64,000 bases of DNA, from assembly GCA_035461195.1 (NCBI GenBank), contig DATHVS010000037.1, positions 70 to 64,069 on the forward strand, in the 5' to 3' direction. Shown in pieces: positions 48,443 to 57,883 of the stretch. The translations under genes and the position numbers were made by a program. This DNA is from Nocardioidaceae bacterium (lineage in GTDB: Bacteria > Actinomycetota > Actinomycetes > Propionibacteriales > Nocardioidaceae). The notes beneath the pieces are model-generated. The model made no database searches, was not told the DNA's origin, and worked only from the letters and a program-made list of their open reading frames with translations. Position 1 is the stretch's first letter, and each line of letters begins with the position of its first letter.

Positions 48443-49266
48443 CCGAGCGTGGCGCAGTGGTCGGGGACGTACGTCGCGTGCTCCCTCGGAGGTCGCTCGT
48501 AGCCCTTCGGCTTCGGCCGCCGCGGCAGCTCCAGGACCGGACGCTGTACGTCGACGTACGGGATCGTCGAGAGCAGGTGGGCCATCATGTTCAGGCGCGC
48601 CCGCTTCTTCACGTCGCTCTCCACGACGTACCAGGGGGCTTCCGGGATGTCGGTGTGCACCATCATCTCGTCCTTGGCGCGGGAGTAGTCCTCCCACCGG
48701 GTGATCGACTCCAGGTCCATGGTGGAGAGCTTCCACTGGCGCATCGGGTCCTCCAGCCGTGACTTGAAGCGCCGCTGCTGCTCCTGGTCGCTCACGGAGA
48801 ACCAGTACTTCCGCAGCCTGATCCCGTCCTCGACGACGAGCCGTTCGAAGATCGGGCACTGGTGCAGGAACCGGCGGTACTCCGCCGGCGTGCAGAACCC
48901 CATCACCTTCTCGACACCGGCCCGGTTGTACCAGGAGCGGTCGAAGATCACGATCTCCCCGGCACGCGGCAGCTGCTCGATGTAACGCTGGAAGTACCAC
49001 TGCCCACGCTCACGCTCGGTGGGGGCAGGCAGGGCCACGATGCGGGCGACCCGCGGGCTGAGGTACTGGGTGATCCGCTTGATGGTCCCGCCCTTGCCTG
49101 CGGCGTCCCGGCCCTCGAACACCACCACGATCCGCTCCCCCTCGGCGCGGACCCATTCCTGCACCTTGACCAGCTCAGCCTGCAGGCGGAAGAGCTCGGC
49201 CTCGTAGATCGCCTTCGGTACCTTCTGGTCGGCACGATCTGCGTGCTTGTCGCGGGGTTTGGCCAT
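48433..49266 (-). CDS. ppk2: Polyphosphate kinase 2
   Basis: [29 protein letters not shown]. Confidence 0.95.
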   Translation of the reverse strand: MAKPRDKHADRADQKVPKAIYEAELFRLQAELVKVQEWVRAEGERIVVVFEGRDAAGKGGTIKRITQYLSPRVARIVALPAPTERERGQWYFQRYIEQLPRAGEIVIFDRSWYNRAGVEKVMGFCTPAEYRRFLHQCPIFERLVVEDGIRLRKYWFSVSDQEQQRRFKSRLEDPMRQWKLSTMDLESITRWEDYSRAKDEMMVHTDIPEAPWYVVESDVKKRARLNMMAHLLSTIPYVDVQRPVLELPRRPKPKGYERPPREHATYVPDHCATLGHT

Positions 49267-49393
49267 GCCTCAGCCTAGCCACGCCCCCGCGCGATTGCCG
49301 GTTCTCACAGGATCACCCCGCCGGTCGAGCGGGCCCATGCACGACGCCTGTCCGAGGCAAGTGCCACGGCTCTCTTCCTCCTTTCACTCCCGG

Positions 49394-49426
49394 GGAAGGT
49401 CGGTGGAAGATGTTCGGAAGGCCGGC
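49394..49426 (+). repeat. Second set of 11-bp-period GGAAG repeats upstream of MFS gene
   Basis: GGAAGGTCGGT/GGAAGATGTTC/GGAAGGCCGGC at 49394/49405/49416. Confidence 0.6.
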
Positions 49427-49471
49427 CAGGGACCGTCTCTCCTACAGAGAACTTCCTGGACGGAGGACGTG

Positions 49472-50713
49472 ATGACCGACCTGCTCACCACCCGGGCCGA
49501 ACGCAAGGCCAGGGGCGGCGTACTCAGCGCCCAGCTGGTGGCCTCGCTCGGCCTCGCCACCGGGGCCGCCGCCGGTGGGCTGCTCGCCGAGCACGTCGTG
49601 GGCGGACCCTCGGCTGCCGGCGCGCCCCTGGGTGCACTGGTCCTGGGCGCCGGAGCAGCCGCGCTGCCGCTCAGCCGGATCATGGCCGCCCGCGGCCGCG
49701 TGCTGGGCCTGCGGATCGGCTACCTCGTCGCGGCGGTGGGCGCAGCCGTCGTGCTCCTTGCGGCGGTCAGCCTGTCGCTGCCCCTGCTGGTCGCGGGCAA
49801 CTTCCTCGTCGGGGCCGGCAACAGCTCGGTGATGCTGAGCCGCTACGTTCTCGCCGACATGGCAGGACCTCATGGCCGGGCACGGGCGATGGGTACGTCG
49901 ATGCTGGCTGTCGCCGCCGGAGCGGTCCTCGGTCCCGCGCTGCTCGGTCCCAGCGCAGCACTGTCCTCCGTGCTGGGGCTGCCCGACGCCGCCGGGCTGT
50001 ACGTCCTCGCACTGCTGGCGTTCCTGGCGGCACCTGGGCTCCTGACGGCGTTCCCGGACGGGGTCTCTCAGGCCGGGGTCCGGCACGTCAGGGAGACGCT
50101 GTCCGAGAACGTGCGTGACCGTCGCCGGCTCGTCAGCTCATCCGCCGTTTACGGAGCTCTCGTCCTCGGCGCCGCGAACCTCACCATGGCGTCGATGATG
50201 GTCGTCGTACCCGTGCACCTGCACCACTCGGGCAGCGGGCTGCACGGTGTCGGGATGGTGGTCAGCATCCACGTGGCGGCGATGTTCGTCGCCTCGCCGC
50301 TGATCGGGCGACTGGTCGACCGGTTCGGCAGCAGACCCGTCGCCGTCACCGGCGGCGTGGTCCTGGTCCTGGTCGGGCTTCTGCCATCACTGGTGTCGGT
50401 CCACTCGCTCGCGACGGCATCGGGACTGCTGATCCTTCTCGGCCTCGGCTGGAGCACCCAGGTGATCGCCGGGAGCGCCATGCTCACCAACGGCCTCCCC
50501 CTCGGGAGCCGCGCGACCGGCGAGGCCGCCGGCGAGATCGCGATGAGCGCCGGCGCCGCACTGGGCTGCCTCGTGCTGGCCGGCCCACTTTCGGCTCTCG
50601 GCGGGCTCGCCCTGCTCGCGGCGGCCGCAGTGCCCCTGAACCTCGCACTGGTGCTCGCGCTGTCGCTGCGGCGCCTTCACGGGGTCCGCGCGGTGCCGGT
50701 GGGCGCGGTGTAG
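49472..50713 (+). CDS. MFS transporter
   Basis: 12 hydrophobic segments, GRLVDRFG motif A, RY..AD; GGAGG RBS. Confidence 0.88.
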   Translation: MTDLLTTRAERKARGGVLSAQLVASLGLATGAAAGGLLAEHVVGGPSAAGAPLGALVLGAGAAALPLSRIMAARGRVLGLRIGYLVAAVGAAVVLLAAVSLSLPLLVAGNFLVGAGNSSVMLSRYVLADMAGPHGRARAMGTSMLAVAAGAVLGPALLGPSAALSSVLGLPDAAGLYVLALLAFLAAPGLLTAFPDGVSQAGVRHVRETLSENVRDRRRLVSSSAVYGALVLGAANLTMASMMVVVPVHLHHSGSGLHGVGMVVSIHVAAMFVASPLIGRLVDRFGSRPVAVTGGVVLVLVGLLPSLVSVHSLATASGLLILLGLGWSTQVIAGSAMLTNGLPLGSRATGEAAGEIAMSAGAALGCLVLAGPLSALGGLALLAAAAVPLNLALVLALSLRRLHGVRAVPVGAV

Positions 50714-50724
50714 CGGTCGCCTCT

Positions 50725-51078
50725 CTACTGCGAGCGGCGCTCTGCCCGCGCCCGCGCGCGGATGATCCGCGGGCGGCTGACCAGGTATGCGATGAGCACC
50801 ATGCCCACCGTCTGGATGATTCGGTTCACGTCGAGCGCGGGCCGCCACTCGACCTGTCCGTCCTTGATGACGTAGGCCCCGGCCGGGCGCGCGCTCGCAC
50901 CGAAGCCACCACCCTCGCCTTCCTGCCCTTTCTCGTCGTGGCCTGTTCCCCCGCCTGCGCCGCCACCCACGACGGCAGCAGGGATGACGGTCAGGCCGTC
51001 CTTCTCGTACGGCTCGGCGTACACCCGCTTGACCGTGATCGAGTCCCGGGCAGCCTCGAGGACCTCTGCAACCTTCAT
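50725..51078 (-). CDS. YtfJ/GerW-family protein
   Basis: V..EPYEKDGLTVIPAA..GGAGGG..GGGFG...P.G. Confidence 0.8.
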   Translation of the reverse strand: MKVAEVLEAARDSITVKRVYAEPYEKDGLTVIPAAVVGGGAGGGTGHDEKGQEGEGGGFGASARPAGAYVIKDGQVEWRPALDVNRIIQTVGMVLIAYLVSRPRIIRARARAERRSQ

Positions 51079-51239
51079 GATTCCCTCCCTCGGCGCCGAG
51101 CTCGTGCCGACGCCAGACCTCTCATGCTTCGCGGATCACCGGCCGGGAGACAGGGCTGAAGGTCCCTCGGGGGACGACCTGTCCGGATCGGGACCTCTTC
51201 CTCTCCAGACCGAGCCCGCCCCCGACCTATGGTGCGACC

Positions 51240-52157
51240 ATGAGGACCTCGAGAACACTCCTGGCGCTCACTGCGGCGGTCGGTGTCCTGGCGGTTGTCG
51301 CCGCGGGGGCCGGCGTCTTCCTCGGCGGCGGGGTGGGGCCGTTCGCCTTCACCAACGTCCACGGCGACCCCGTCGAGATGTACGGCGTGGGGATCTACGA
51401 CCACGACTCACTCATGCGGGGATCGGGCCAGCGAGGCGTCGACGCGGTGACGCTCTTCCTTGTCGTCCCCCTCATGGCTGCGTCCGCCTGGCTCCATCGG
51501 CGCGGGTCCCTGCGCGGCACGCTCGTCCTCGCCGGCACGCTGCTCTGGTTCACCTACGCGGGTATCAGCTACGTCGCCGCGGTGGCCTACAACGAGCTCT
51601 TCCTCGTGTACGTCGCCCTGTTCGGCACGAGCTTCTACGCGGTGCTGCTCGCGTTCGCGGCCGTCGACCGTGACGACCTCGCACACCGGATCGGTCCTGG
51701 TGCTCCTCGACGCGCTCCCGCCGCCTTCCTCTTCGCCATCGGCACCTTCACCCTGGGCATCTGGCTCATGACCCCCCTCGACGGACTGCTCCGGGGCCAG
51801 CCGCCGTCGGACCTCGACAGCTACACCAGCATGTTCACCAACGGGTTCGACATCGCCGTCATCGTGCCCGCCACCATCGTCGTCGGCGCCCTCATGCTGC
51901 GCCGAGACCCCCTTGGCTACGCCCTCGGCGTTCCACTCGTCTTGTTCGCCGGGCTGCTCGCCCCGATGGTCGCGGCGATGACCGTGTACCAGGTGAGGGC
52001 AGGGGTGGACTTCACCACGGGAGAGGTCGTCGGGCCGATCAGCGGCTTCATGGTGCTCGCCGCGGTCGCGGTTTGGCTCGTCGTCGTACTGCTGCGACAC
52101 GTCGGCGAGACCACGTCGGGACCGACGCCTCTGAGGCCGCGCACTCTCGTCCGGTAG
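51240..52157 (+). CDS. Hypothetical multi-pass membrane protein
   Basis: About 9 TM segments; TATGGT-N6-ATG leaderless start. Confidence 0.75.
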   Translation: MRTSRTLLALTAAVGVLAVVAAGAGVFLGGGVGPFAFTNVHGDPVEMYGVGIYDHDSLMRGSGQRGVDAVTLFLVVPLMAASAWLHRRGSLRGTLVLAGTLLWFTYAGISYVAAVAYNELFLVYVALFGTSFYAVLLAFAAVDRDDLAHRIGPGAPRRAPAAFLFAIGTFTLGIWLMTPLDGLLRGQPPSDLDSYTSMFTNGFDIAVIVPATIVVGALMLRRDPLGYALGVPLVLFAGLLAPMVAAMTVYQVRAGVDFTTGEVVGPISGFMVLAAVAVWLVVVLLRHVGETTSGPTPLRPRTLVR

Positions 52158-52193
52158 ACAGGAAGCTCGATGCCCCGACGAGGAGGAACTGGC

Positions 52194-52409
52194 ATGGCAG
52201 GACGCACGTGGTCAGAGCTCACCGACAAGCAGCGAGCCCTCCTGCTGGTCGCGGCGTCGGTCCAGGTCTCGCTGGCCGTCTCCGCCTGGGCGGACCTCGC
52301 CGACCGGCCCGCCTCGGAGATCAACGGCAGCAAGGCGCGCTGGGCCGCGATCATCGCCGTCAACTTCGTCGGGCCGCTGTCCTACTTCCGCTGGGGTCGC
52401 CGGCGGTAG
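52194..52409 (+). CDS. Stand-alone PLDc_N-like small membrane protein
   Basis: DL..RP..I.GSK..W..II..NFVGPL.YF.WGR; AGGAGG RBS. Confidence 0.75.
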   Translation: MAGRTWSELTDKQRALLLVAASVQVSLAVSAWADLADRPASEINGSKARWAAIIAVNFVGPLSYFRWGRRR

Positions 52410-52517
52410 CCGTCGCCGAGCGCACTAGCCACTTCAGCCCATTGACGGGCAGCGGAGCCGGTCGCTGAATGGAGGGGCGTCACGACGGACGCATCGATGT
52501 CACGAAGGAGACGCCCG

Positions 52518-54761
52518 ATGCAGAGGTCGAAGACCCAGCGGCTCTCGATGGCATGTGCGCGCCACCCGTGGAGGGCGCTGGGTGCTTGGTTCGTCGTGCT
52601 GTGCCTTGCTCTGGCGTCCAACGCGATGTTCCTGGGCTCCGCACTCACCACGGAGGGTGAGCTCCTGACCGAGCCGGAGTCCGTCAAGGGACTGAACCTG
52701 CTCGAAGACCGGTTCCCCGGCTGGGACGACACCAGTGAGCTGGTCGTGGTCCGGGCCGAGAGCGGCGATGTCCGGTCCGTCGACTTCCAGGCCGTCGTGG
52801 CAGGGCTGCGCGACGACATCGCCGCGGCCGAGGGCGTGCGGCGGGTCGGGGATCCCTTCGACAGCCGGGCCGAGGGACTGGTGTCTCAGGACGGCGCCGC
52901 CGTCCTCCTGCCCGTGGCGATCGACGACGCCGGAGGTGCCGATCCGATCGTCGGGATCGTCGATGTCATCGACGCCGTCGAGGCTGTTGACGAGCAGGGC
53001 GAGGTCGCTGCCGCCGTCACGGGCGACTGGACGATCGGCCACGACTTCCTCGTCCTCTCTCAGCACGACCTGGAGAAGGGCGAGCTGCAGTTCGGGTTGC
53101 CCGCTGCCCTGGTCGTGCTGCTGCTCGTCTTCGGTGCTGTGGTGGCCGCCCTGGTCCCGCTCACGGTGGCGCTGGTCTCGATCGTCGTCGCCCTCGGCAT
53201 CTCCGCACTGGTCGGTCAGACCGTCGACCTGTCGTTCTTCCTGCTGAACATGGTGGTCGCCATGGGGCTCGCCCTGGGGATCGACTACAGCCTGTTCATC
53301 ACCTCCCGCTACCGGGAGGAGCGGCATGCCGGGCTGGCCAGGCCGGACGCTATCGCGGTCTGCGGCGCCACCGCCGGCAAGGCCGTCCTGTTCTCGGGTT
53401 TGGCCTTCGTCGTCGCCCTCCTCGGTCTGCTCCTCGTGCCGGACCATGTCCTTCGCAGCCTCGCCTTCGGTGCGGTCGTGGTGGGCCTGGTGACGGTGGC
53501 CGCAGCGCTCACCCTCCTGCCGGCACTGCTGGCTGTCCTGGGTGACCGCATCGAACGCGGACGCATCCCCTTCGTCCCCCAGCAGCACGGCGGTGAGAGC
53601 CGATTCTGGCGGCGCGTCGTCACCCTGGTCACCCGTCGTCCGGGAGTCACGGTCGCCGCCACCAGCCTGGTGCTCGTCGCCGCAGCCGTCCCTGTGCTCG
53701 ACCTACAGACCGGCTCTGCAGGGGTAACCTCGCTTCCCGCCGACACCGTCGGACGGCAGGGTTTCGTCGCGTTGGAGGCCAGTTTCCCCGCCGGCGTACG
53801 GACCAGCCCGGTCAACATCGTCGTGGAGGGCGACACGTCTGCGCCGGAGGTGCGCCTGGCGCTGGGACGACTTGAGAGCCGGGTCGCCGACGACGACGCG
53901 TTCGGGCCGTCCACGGTCACAGCAGCACCCACCGGGGACCTCGGCCTGGTCGAGATCGCCCTCCTCGGCGACCCCGCCGAGGCCCCGGCCAGGGCAGCCA
54001 TCGAACGGCTACGAGACGAATACGTGCCCGCGGCCTTCGAAGATGTCGACGCCGAGGTCTACGTGACCGGACAGACAGCGTTCGAGCTCGATTACGCGGC
54101 CCTCATCGACCGGTGGCTACCCATCGTCATCGCCTTCGTGCTGACCTTGAGCTTCTTCCTGCTCCTGCTCGTCTTCCGTTCGGTCGTGCTGCCGTTGAAG
54201 GCCGTGCTGCTGAACCTGCTCTCGGTCGGTGCCGCCTACGGGTTGATGGTCCTGGTGTTCCAAAAAGGCGTTGGCGCTGATCTCCTAGGGCTCCAGCAGA
54301 TCGACCGGGTCGAACCGTGGGTGCCGGTGTTCCTGTTCTCGGTGCTGTTCGCCCTGTCCATGGACTACCACGTCTTCCTGCTGACCCGGATCCGTGAGCG
54401 TTACCTCGCGACCGGGGACACGATCGACGCGGTCACCCACGGCGTCGGCGCCACCGGCCGCATCATCACCGGTGCGGCGCTGATCATCGTGGTGGTCTTC
54501 ATCGGCTTCGCGACCGGAGACATCGTGGGCTTCCAGCAGATGGGGTTTGGCGTAGGGGTCGCGCTGCTGCTCGACGCGACCGTGATCCGCACCATCCTCG
54601 TACCCTCGAGCATGGCGCTGCTCGGCGACTGGAACTGGTATCTCCCGAGGTGGCTCGAGTGGTTGCCCGAACTGCACGTGGAAGGTGGCGCCGAGGGCGA
54701 GGCAGAGCGGCTTGTCGGCGTGGCCGGCGAGGAGCGCGCCGAGGTCCGCGCCGCGCCGTGA
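52518..54761 (+). CDS. MMPL family transporter
   Basis: GLALGIDYSLF..RYREE, SMDYHVFL..RIRE, TGRIITGAA, LLDATVIR. Confidence 0.92.
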   Translation: MQRSKTQRLSMACARHPWRALGAWFVVLCLALASNAMFLGSALTTEGELLTEPESVKGLNLLEDRFPGWDDTSELVVVRAESGDVRSVDFQAVVAGLRDDIAAAEGVRRVGDPFDSRAEGLVSQDGAAVLLPVAIDDAGGADPIVGIVDVIDAVEAVDEQGEVAAAVTGDWTIGHDFLVLSQHDLEKGELQFGLPAALVVLLLVFGAVVAALVPLTVALVSIVVALGISALVGQTVDLSFFLLNMVVAMGLALGIDYSLFITSRYREERHAGLARPDAIAVCGATAGKAVLFSGLAFVVALLGLLLVPDHVLRSLAFGAVVVGLVTVAAALTLLPALLAVLGDRIERGRIPFVPQQHGGESRFWRRVVTLVTRRPGVTVAATSLVLVAAAVPVLDLQTGSAGVTSLPADTVGRQGFVALEASFPAGVRTSPVNIVVEGDTSAPEVRLALGRLESRVADDDAFGPSTVTAAPTGDLGLVEIALLGDPAEAPARAAIERLRDEYVPAAFEDVDAEVYVTGQTAFELDYAALIDRWLPIVIAFVLTLSFFLLLLVFRSVVLPLKAVLLNLLSVGAAYGLMVLVFQKGVGADLLGLQQIDRVEPWVPVFLFSVLFALSMDYHVFLLTRIRERYLATGDTIDAVTHGVGATGRIITGAALIIVVVFIGFATGDIVGFQQMGFGVGVALLLDATVIRTILVPSSMALLGDWNWYLPRWLEWLPELHVEGGAEGEAERLVGVAGEERAEVRAAP

Positions 54762-54780
54762 GGACGCCCCCTCGGAAACA

Positions 54781-54818
54781 CGAAAGCCCAGGACAAAGGT
54801 CGTCTGCCCGGGCTTTCG
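54781..54818. terminator. Hairpin between convergent MMPL and SurA-like genes
   Basis: CGAAAGCCC...GGGCTTTCG. Confidence 0.65.
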
Positions 54819-54848
54819 AGTGGTCTGGGACTCGAGGTTGGTCTGGGA

Positions 54849-55610
54849 CTACAGGTTCACCACGACGTCCGCGTCCTCGCGTAGCTCCTGCAGCAGGCTC
54901 TGGGCCACCTCGGACTTCTTCTCCGACTCGACCTGCTCCTCGAGCTGCGGGCGTACCTCGGCAAAGGGCGGCATCTCCTGCCCGGCCTGCTCACCGGCCT
55001 GCTCCTGCTGAGCGACCAGCTCGTCGTACATCGCGCGAACTTCCTGCTTCGACGCGCTGACGTCACCTGCCTCGGACTCGATGAGGCGCTCGATCAGGAC
55101 CTGGGTCCGGACCTGGGAGTCGATCTCCTCCCGGTCCATGCCCTGCTCCTCCAGTGCCGCCACGAAGGCGTCGACCGACTCGAGACCGTTCTGTGCCGCA
55201 AGCTGCTTCAGCCTCTGGTCGACTTCCTGGTCCGAGGCGGAGATGTCTCGCTCGGCGGCCTCCTGGACGAAGAGCTCGGTGCTGACCAGGGAGTCCGCGA
55301 CCTGCTTCTTCAGCTGGTCCTGGTCGACCTCCTGCCCGGACGTCTGCGACTGCATGGCCGCCTGCTGGAACTGAGCCTCATAGGCCTGCACGAACTCCTC
55401 CCTGGGAATCTCCTCTCCGTTCACCTCGGCGACGACCTCGGGGATGCCTTCGAGGTCGGCCTGCGGCGCTGACGGGTCGGCCTGCTTCTCCTCCTGCTGT
55501 TGCTGAGCCCCGTTCGAGGTGTCGCCGCCGTCCTCGTCCGTTCCGCCGCACGCGGAGGCACCGACCAGGACCAGGGCCAGGAAGAATCCCAGCAGCCAAT
55601 TCTTGCGCAA
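54849..55610 (-). CDS. SurA/PrsA N-terminal-domain lipoprotein chaperone
   Basis: ASAC lipobox, VAEVNGEEI, Q/E-rich helices; TTG start after AAAGGTGAG. Confidence 0.82.
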   Translation of the reverse strand: MRKNWLLGFFLALVLVGASACGGTDEDGGDTSNGAQQQQEEKQADPSAPQADLEGIPEVVAEVNGEEIPREEFVQAYEAQFQQAAMQSQTSGQEVDQDQLKKQVADSLVSTELFVQEAAERDISASDQEVDQRLKQLAAQNGLESVDAFVAALEEQGMDREEIDSQVRTQVLIERLIESEAGDVSASKQEVRAMYDELVAQQEQAGEQAGQEMPPFAEVRPQLEEQVESEKKSEVAQSLLQELREDADVVVNL

Positions 55611-55854
55611 AACGAACTCACCTTTCGAGAATAAAAATTGCTCTCCACGTTACCAGGGCGATACAAAATCAATTCTTCCCAGGTAATTAAATACGAGAAT
55701 TCAGGTGGCCCATTTCACAGGACCCGCTCCAACTCCCGGGCCCCATGCGTTCGTGCTCAAGTAGTCTCCCTCCCGTAGCAGACGCGACGCCCGGCGCACC
55801 TCCGGCCGCTCACAGCAGCGGTCCCCGAGGGCCCGGCGAGAGAGGCAGGGCGGG

Positions 55855-57699
55855 ATGACGGACATCGAAGCGGTACTCGACGGAGCAGGTCTGCACGGTG
55901 AGGCGGTGCGCGAGTACGTCAAGCACTGGGCGGAGCTGACCGGTGCCGCACGTGTCGAGGTCGTCAGTGCGAGCGACGACGCCCGGTTGATCCAGGAGTC
56001 ACTCGCCGCCGGCGAGCTGCTCCCTGCGGGCGAGGGGCTCTACTACTCCCGGAGCTATCACAAGGACACCGCCCGCTCCGAGGAGCGGACCATCGTCGCC
56101 ACGGGCAAGGAGAGCGATGCCGGCGTCTACAACAACTGGCACCCGTCCTCGGAGATGAAGCCGAAGCTCGAGGGGCTGATGCGGGGCGCCTCGGCCGGCA
56201 AGACCATGTACGTCATCCCCTACCTCATGGCTCCGCCCGGATCACCGCTCGAGAAGTACGCCGCGGGCGTGCAGCTCACCGACCACCGTCCGGTCGTGCT
56301 GCACATGATCCGGATGGCCCGCGTCGGCCTCGACAAGGTCGGGCACCTGATCGAGCACGGCGACTTCGTCCGCGCGGTCCACGTCACCGGCGACCTCGAG
56401 AACCTCGGGCAGGGCACGCCCGATGACAAGCGCTACTTCGTCACCGTCGCCGACGAGCGGACGATTCTCCATTTCGGCTCCTCCTACGGCGGCAACGCCC
56501 TGCTCGGAAAGATCGCGCACGGTCTCCGCCAGGCGTCATTCGACGGCTGGGCCAGCGGGGAGTTCCTCGCCGAGCAGTTCATGCTCCTCGGCATCGTCGA
56601 CAAGGAGACCGGCCGCAGGTACCACATCTGCGGTGGCTTCCCCTCGGCCTCGGGCAAGACCAACCTGGCGATGACCCTGTCCCCGGACGCGCTCGGCGAC
56701 CGCTATCACGTCGAGTTCTACGGCGACGACATCGCCTGGCTCTGGGTGGCCGAGGACGGCAGGCTGTACGGCATGAACCCCGAGAACGGGGTTTTCGGCG
56801 TCGCCAAGGACACCAACGAGAAGACCAACCCCACAGCGCTCGACGCAGTTGCCCCCGGCACGAAGGCGATCTTCACCAACGTCGCCTACAACGAGGAGAC
56901 CCAGGAGGTCTGGTGGGAGGGCCGCACGAAGGAGCCGCCCGCAGACCTCGACGGCTGGCTGGACTGGAAGGGCCGCCGCATCGCCGACCGCACTCCTGAG
57001 GAGGCAGGTCAGCCTTGGGCGCACCCCAACAGCCGGTTCACCACGACGCTCGCCAACGTGCCCAACGTGGCCGAGGACTTCGAGGACCCGAAGGGCGTGA
57101 AGATCGACGCGGTCATCTTCGGCGGCCGCACCAGCGACCGGGAGCCCCTGGTCCGCGCCATGCCGGACCTGGCCGAGGGCGTGTACGACGGACTCACCCT
57201 GGGCGCCGAGGCGACCTTCGCCGCGGACGGCCTCGAGGGCAAGCTGCGCTACGACCCCATGTCGATGCGGCCGTTCCTGTCCTACCCCGAGGGCGCGTAC
57301 GCGGCCCACTGGCTGGAGGTCATCGGACGGACGTCGGAGCACCCGGTCTTCGCGCACGTCAACTGGTTCCAGAAGGACCCCGAGGACGGCCACTTCCTGT
57401 GGCCCGGCTATCGCGAGAACCTCCGTGCCCTGCTGTGGCTCATGCAGCTCAAGCGCGGCGAGGTGACCGGCCGCCCGACTCCAGTCGGGGTGATCCCGAC
57501 CGAGGAGGAGCTGAACCTCGACGGGCTGGACATCGATGCCGAGGACCTCCACCGCATCCTGAACCTCGACATCGACCGTTGGCGCGAGGAGATCGCGTTC
57601 CGCGAGAAGCACCTGGAGCAGTTCGCGAACCTGCCGGAGCCGATCTGGGAGGCCCATCGCCGGGTCGCCGCTGCGCTCGAACGCGAGGCCGAAGCCTGA
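55855..57699 (+). CDS. GTP-dependent PEP carboxykinase, divergent paralog
   Basis: [47 protein letters not shown]. Confidence 0.9.
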   Translation: MTDIEAVLDGAGLHGEAVREYVKHWAELTGAARVEVVSASDDARLIQESLAAGELLPAGEGLYYSRSYHKDTARSEERTIVATGKESDAGVYNNWHPSSEMKPKLEGLMRGASAGKTMYVIPYLMAPPGSPLEKYAAGVQLTDHRPVVLHMIRMARVGLDKVGHLIEHGDFVRAVHVTGDLENLGQGTPDDKRYFVTVADERTILHFGSSYGGNALLGKIAHGLRQASFDGWASGEFLAEQFMLLGIVDKETGRRYHICGGFPSASGKTNLAMTLSPDALGDRYHVEFYGDDIAWLWVAEDGRLYGMNPENGVFGVAKDTNEKTNPTALDAVAPGTKAIFTNVAYNEETQEVWWEGRTKEPPADLDGWLDWKGRRIADRTPEEAGQPWAHPNSRFTTTLANVPNVAEDFEDPKGVKIDAVIFGGRTSDREPLVRAMPDLAEGVYDGLTLGAEATFAADGLEGKLRYDPMSMRPFLSYPEGAYAAHWLEVIGRTSEHPVFAHVNWFQKDPEDGHFLWPGYRENLRALLWLMQLKRGEVTGRPTPVGVIPTEEELNLDGLDIDAEDLHRILNLDIDRWREEIAFREKHLEQFANLPEPIWEAHRRVAAALEREAEA

Positions 57700-57883
57700 C
57701 GCCTTCTCGTTCTGCGAGCGGTGTTCGAGAGGCGGCTGAACTCAGTTGAAAAGGAAAAGCAGGTGACGACAGGCACCGACCTCAGGTGCACTTGAAGACG
57801 TACAACGGTCCAGGTGGCCGATGACTTCACGCTCGACCCCGGGTCTGCACCCACGACGGACAACGAGCGAGAGGGCTGTACCG

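Noticed and set aside
54821-54850. 12-bp direct repeat TGGTCTGGGACT x2, faintly tRNA 3'-end-like on the minus strand
   Set aside because: Too short for an att site, does not match the tRNA-Arg, overlaps a stop codon
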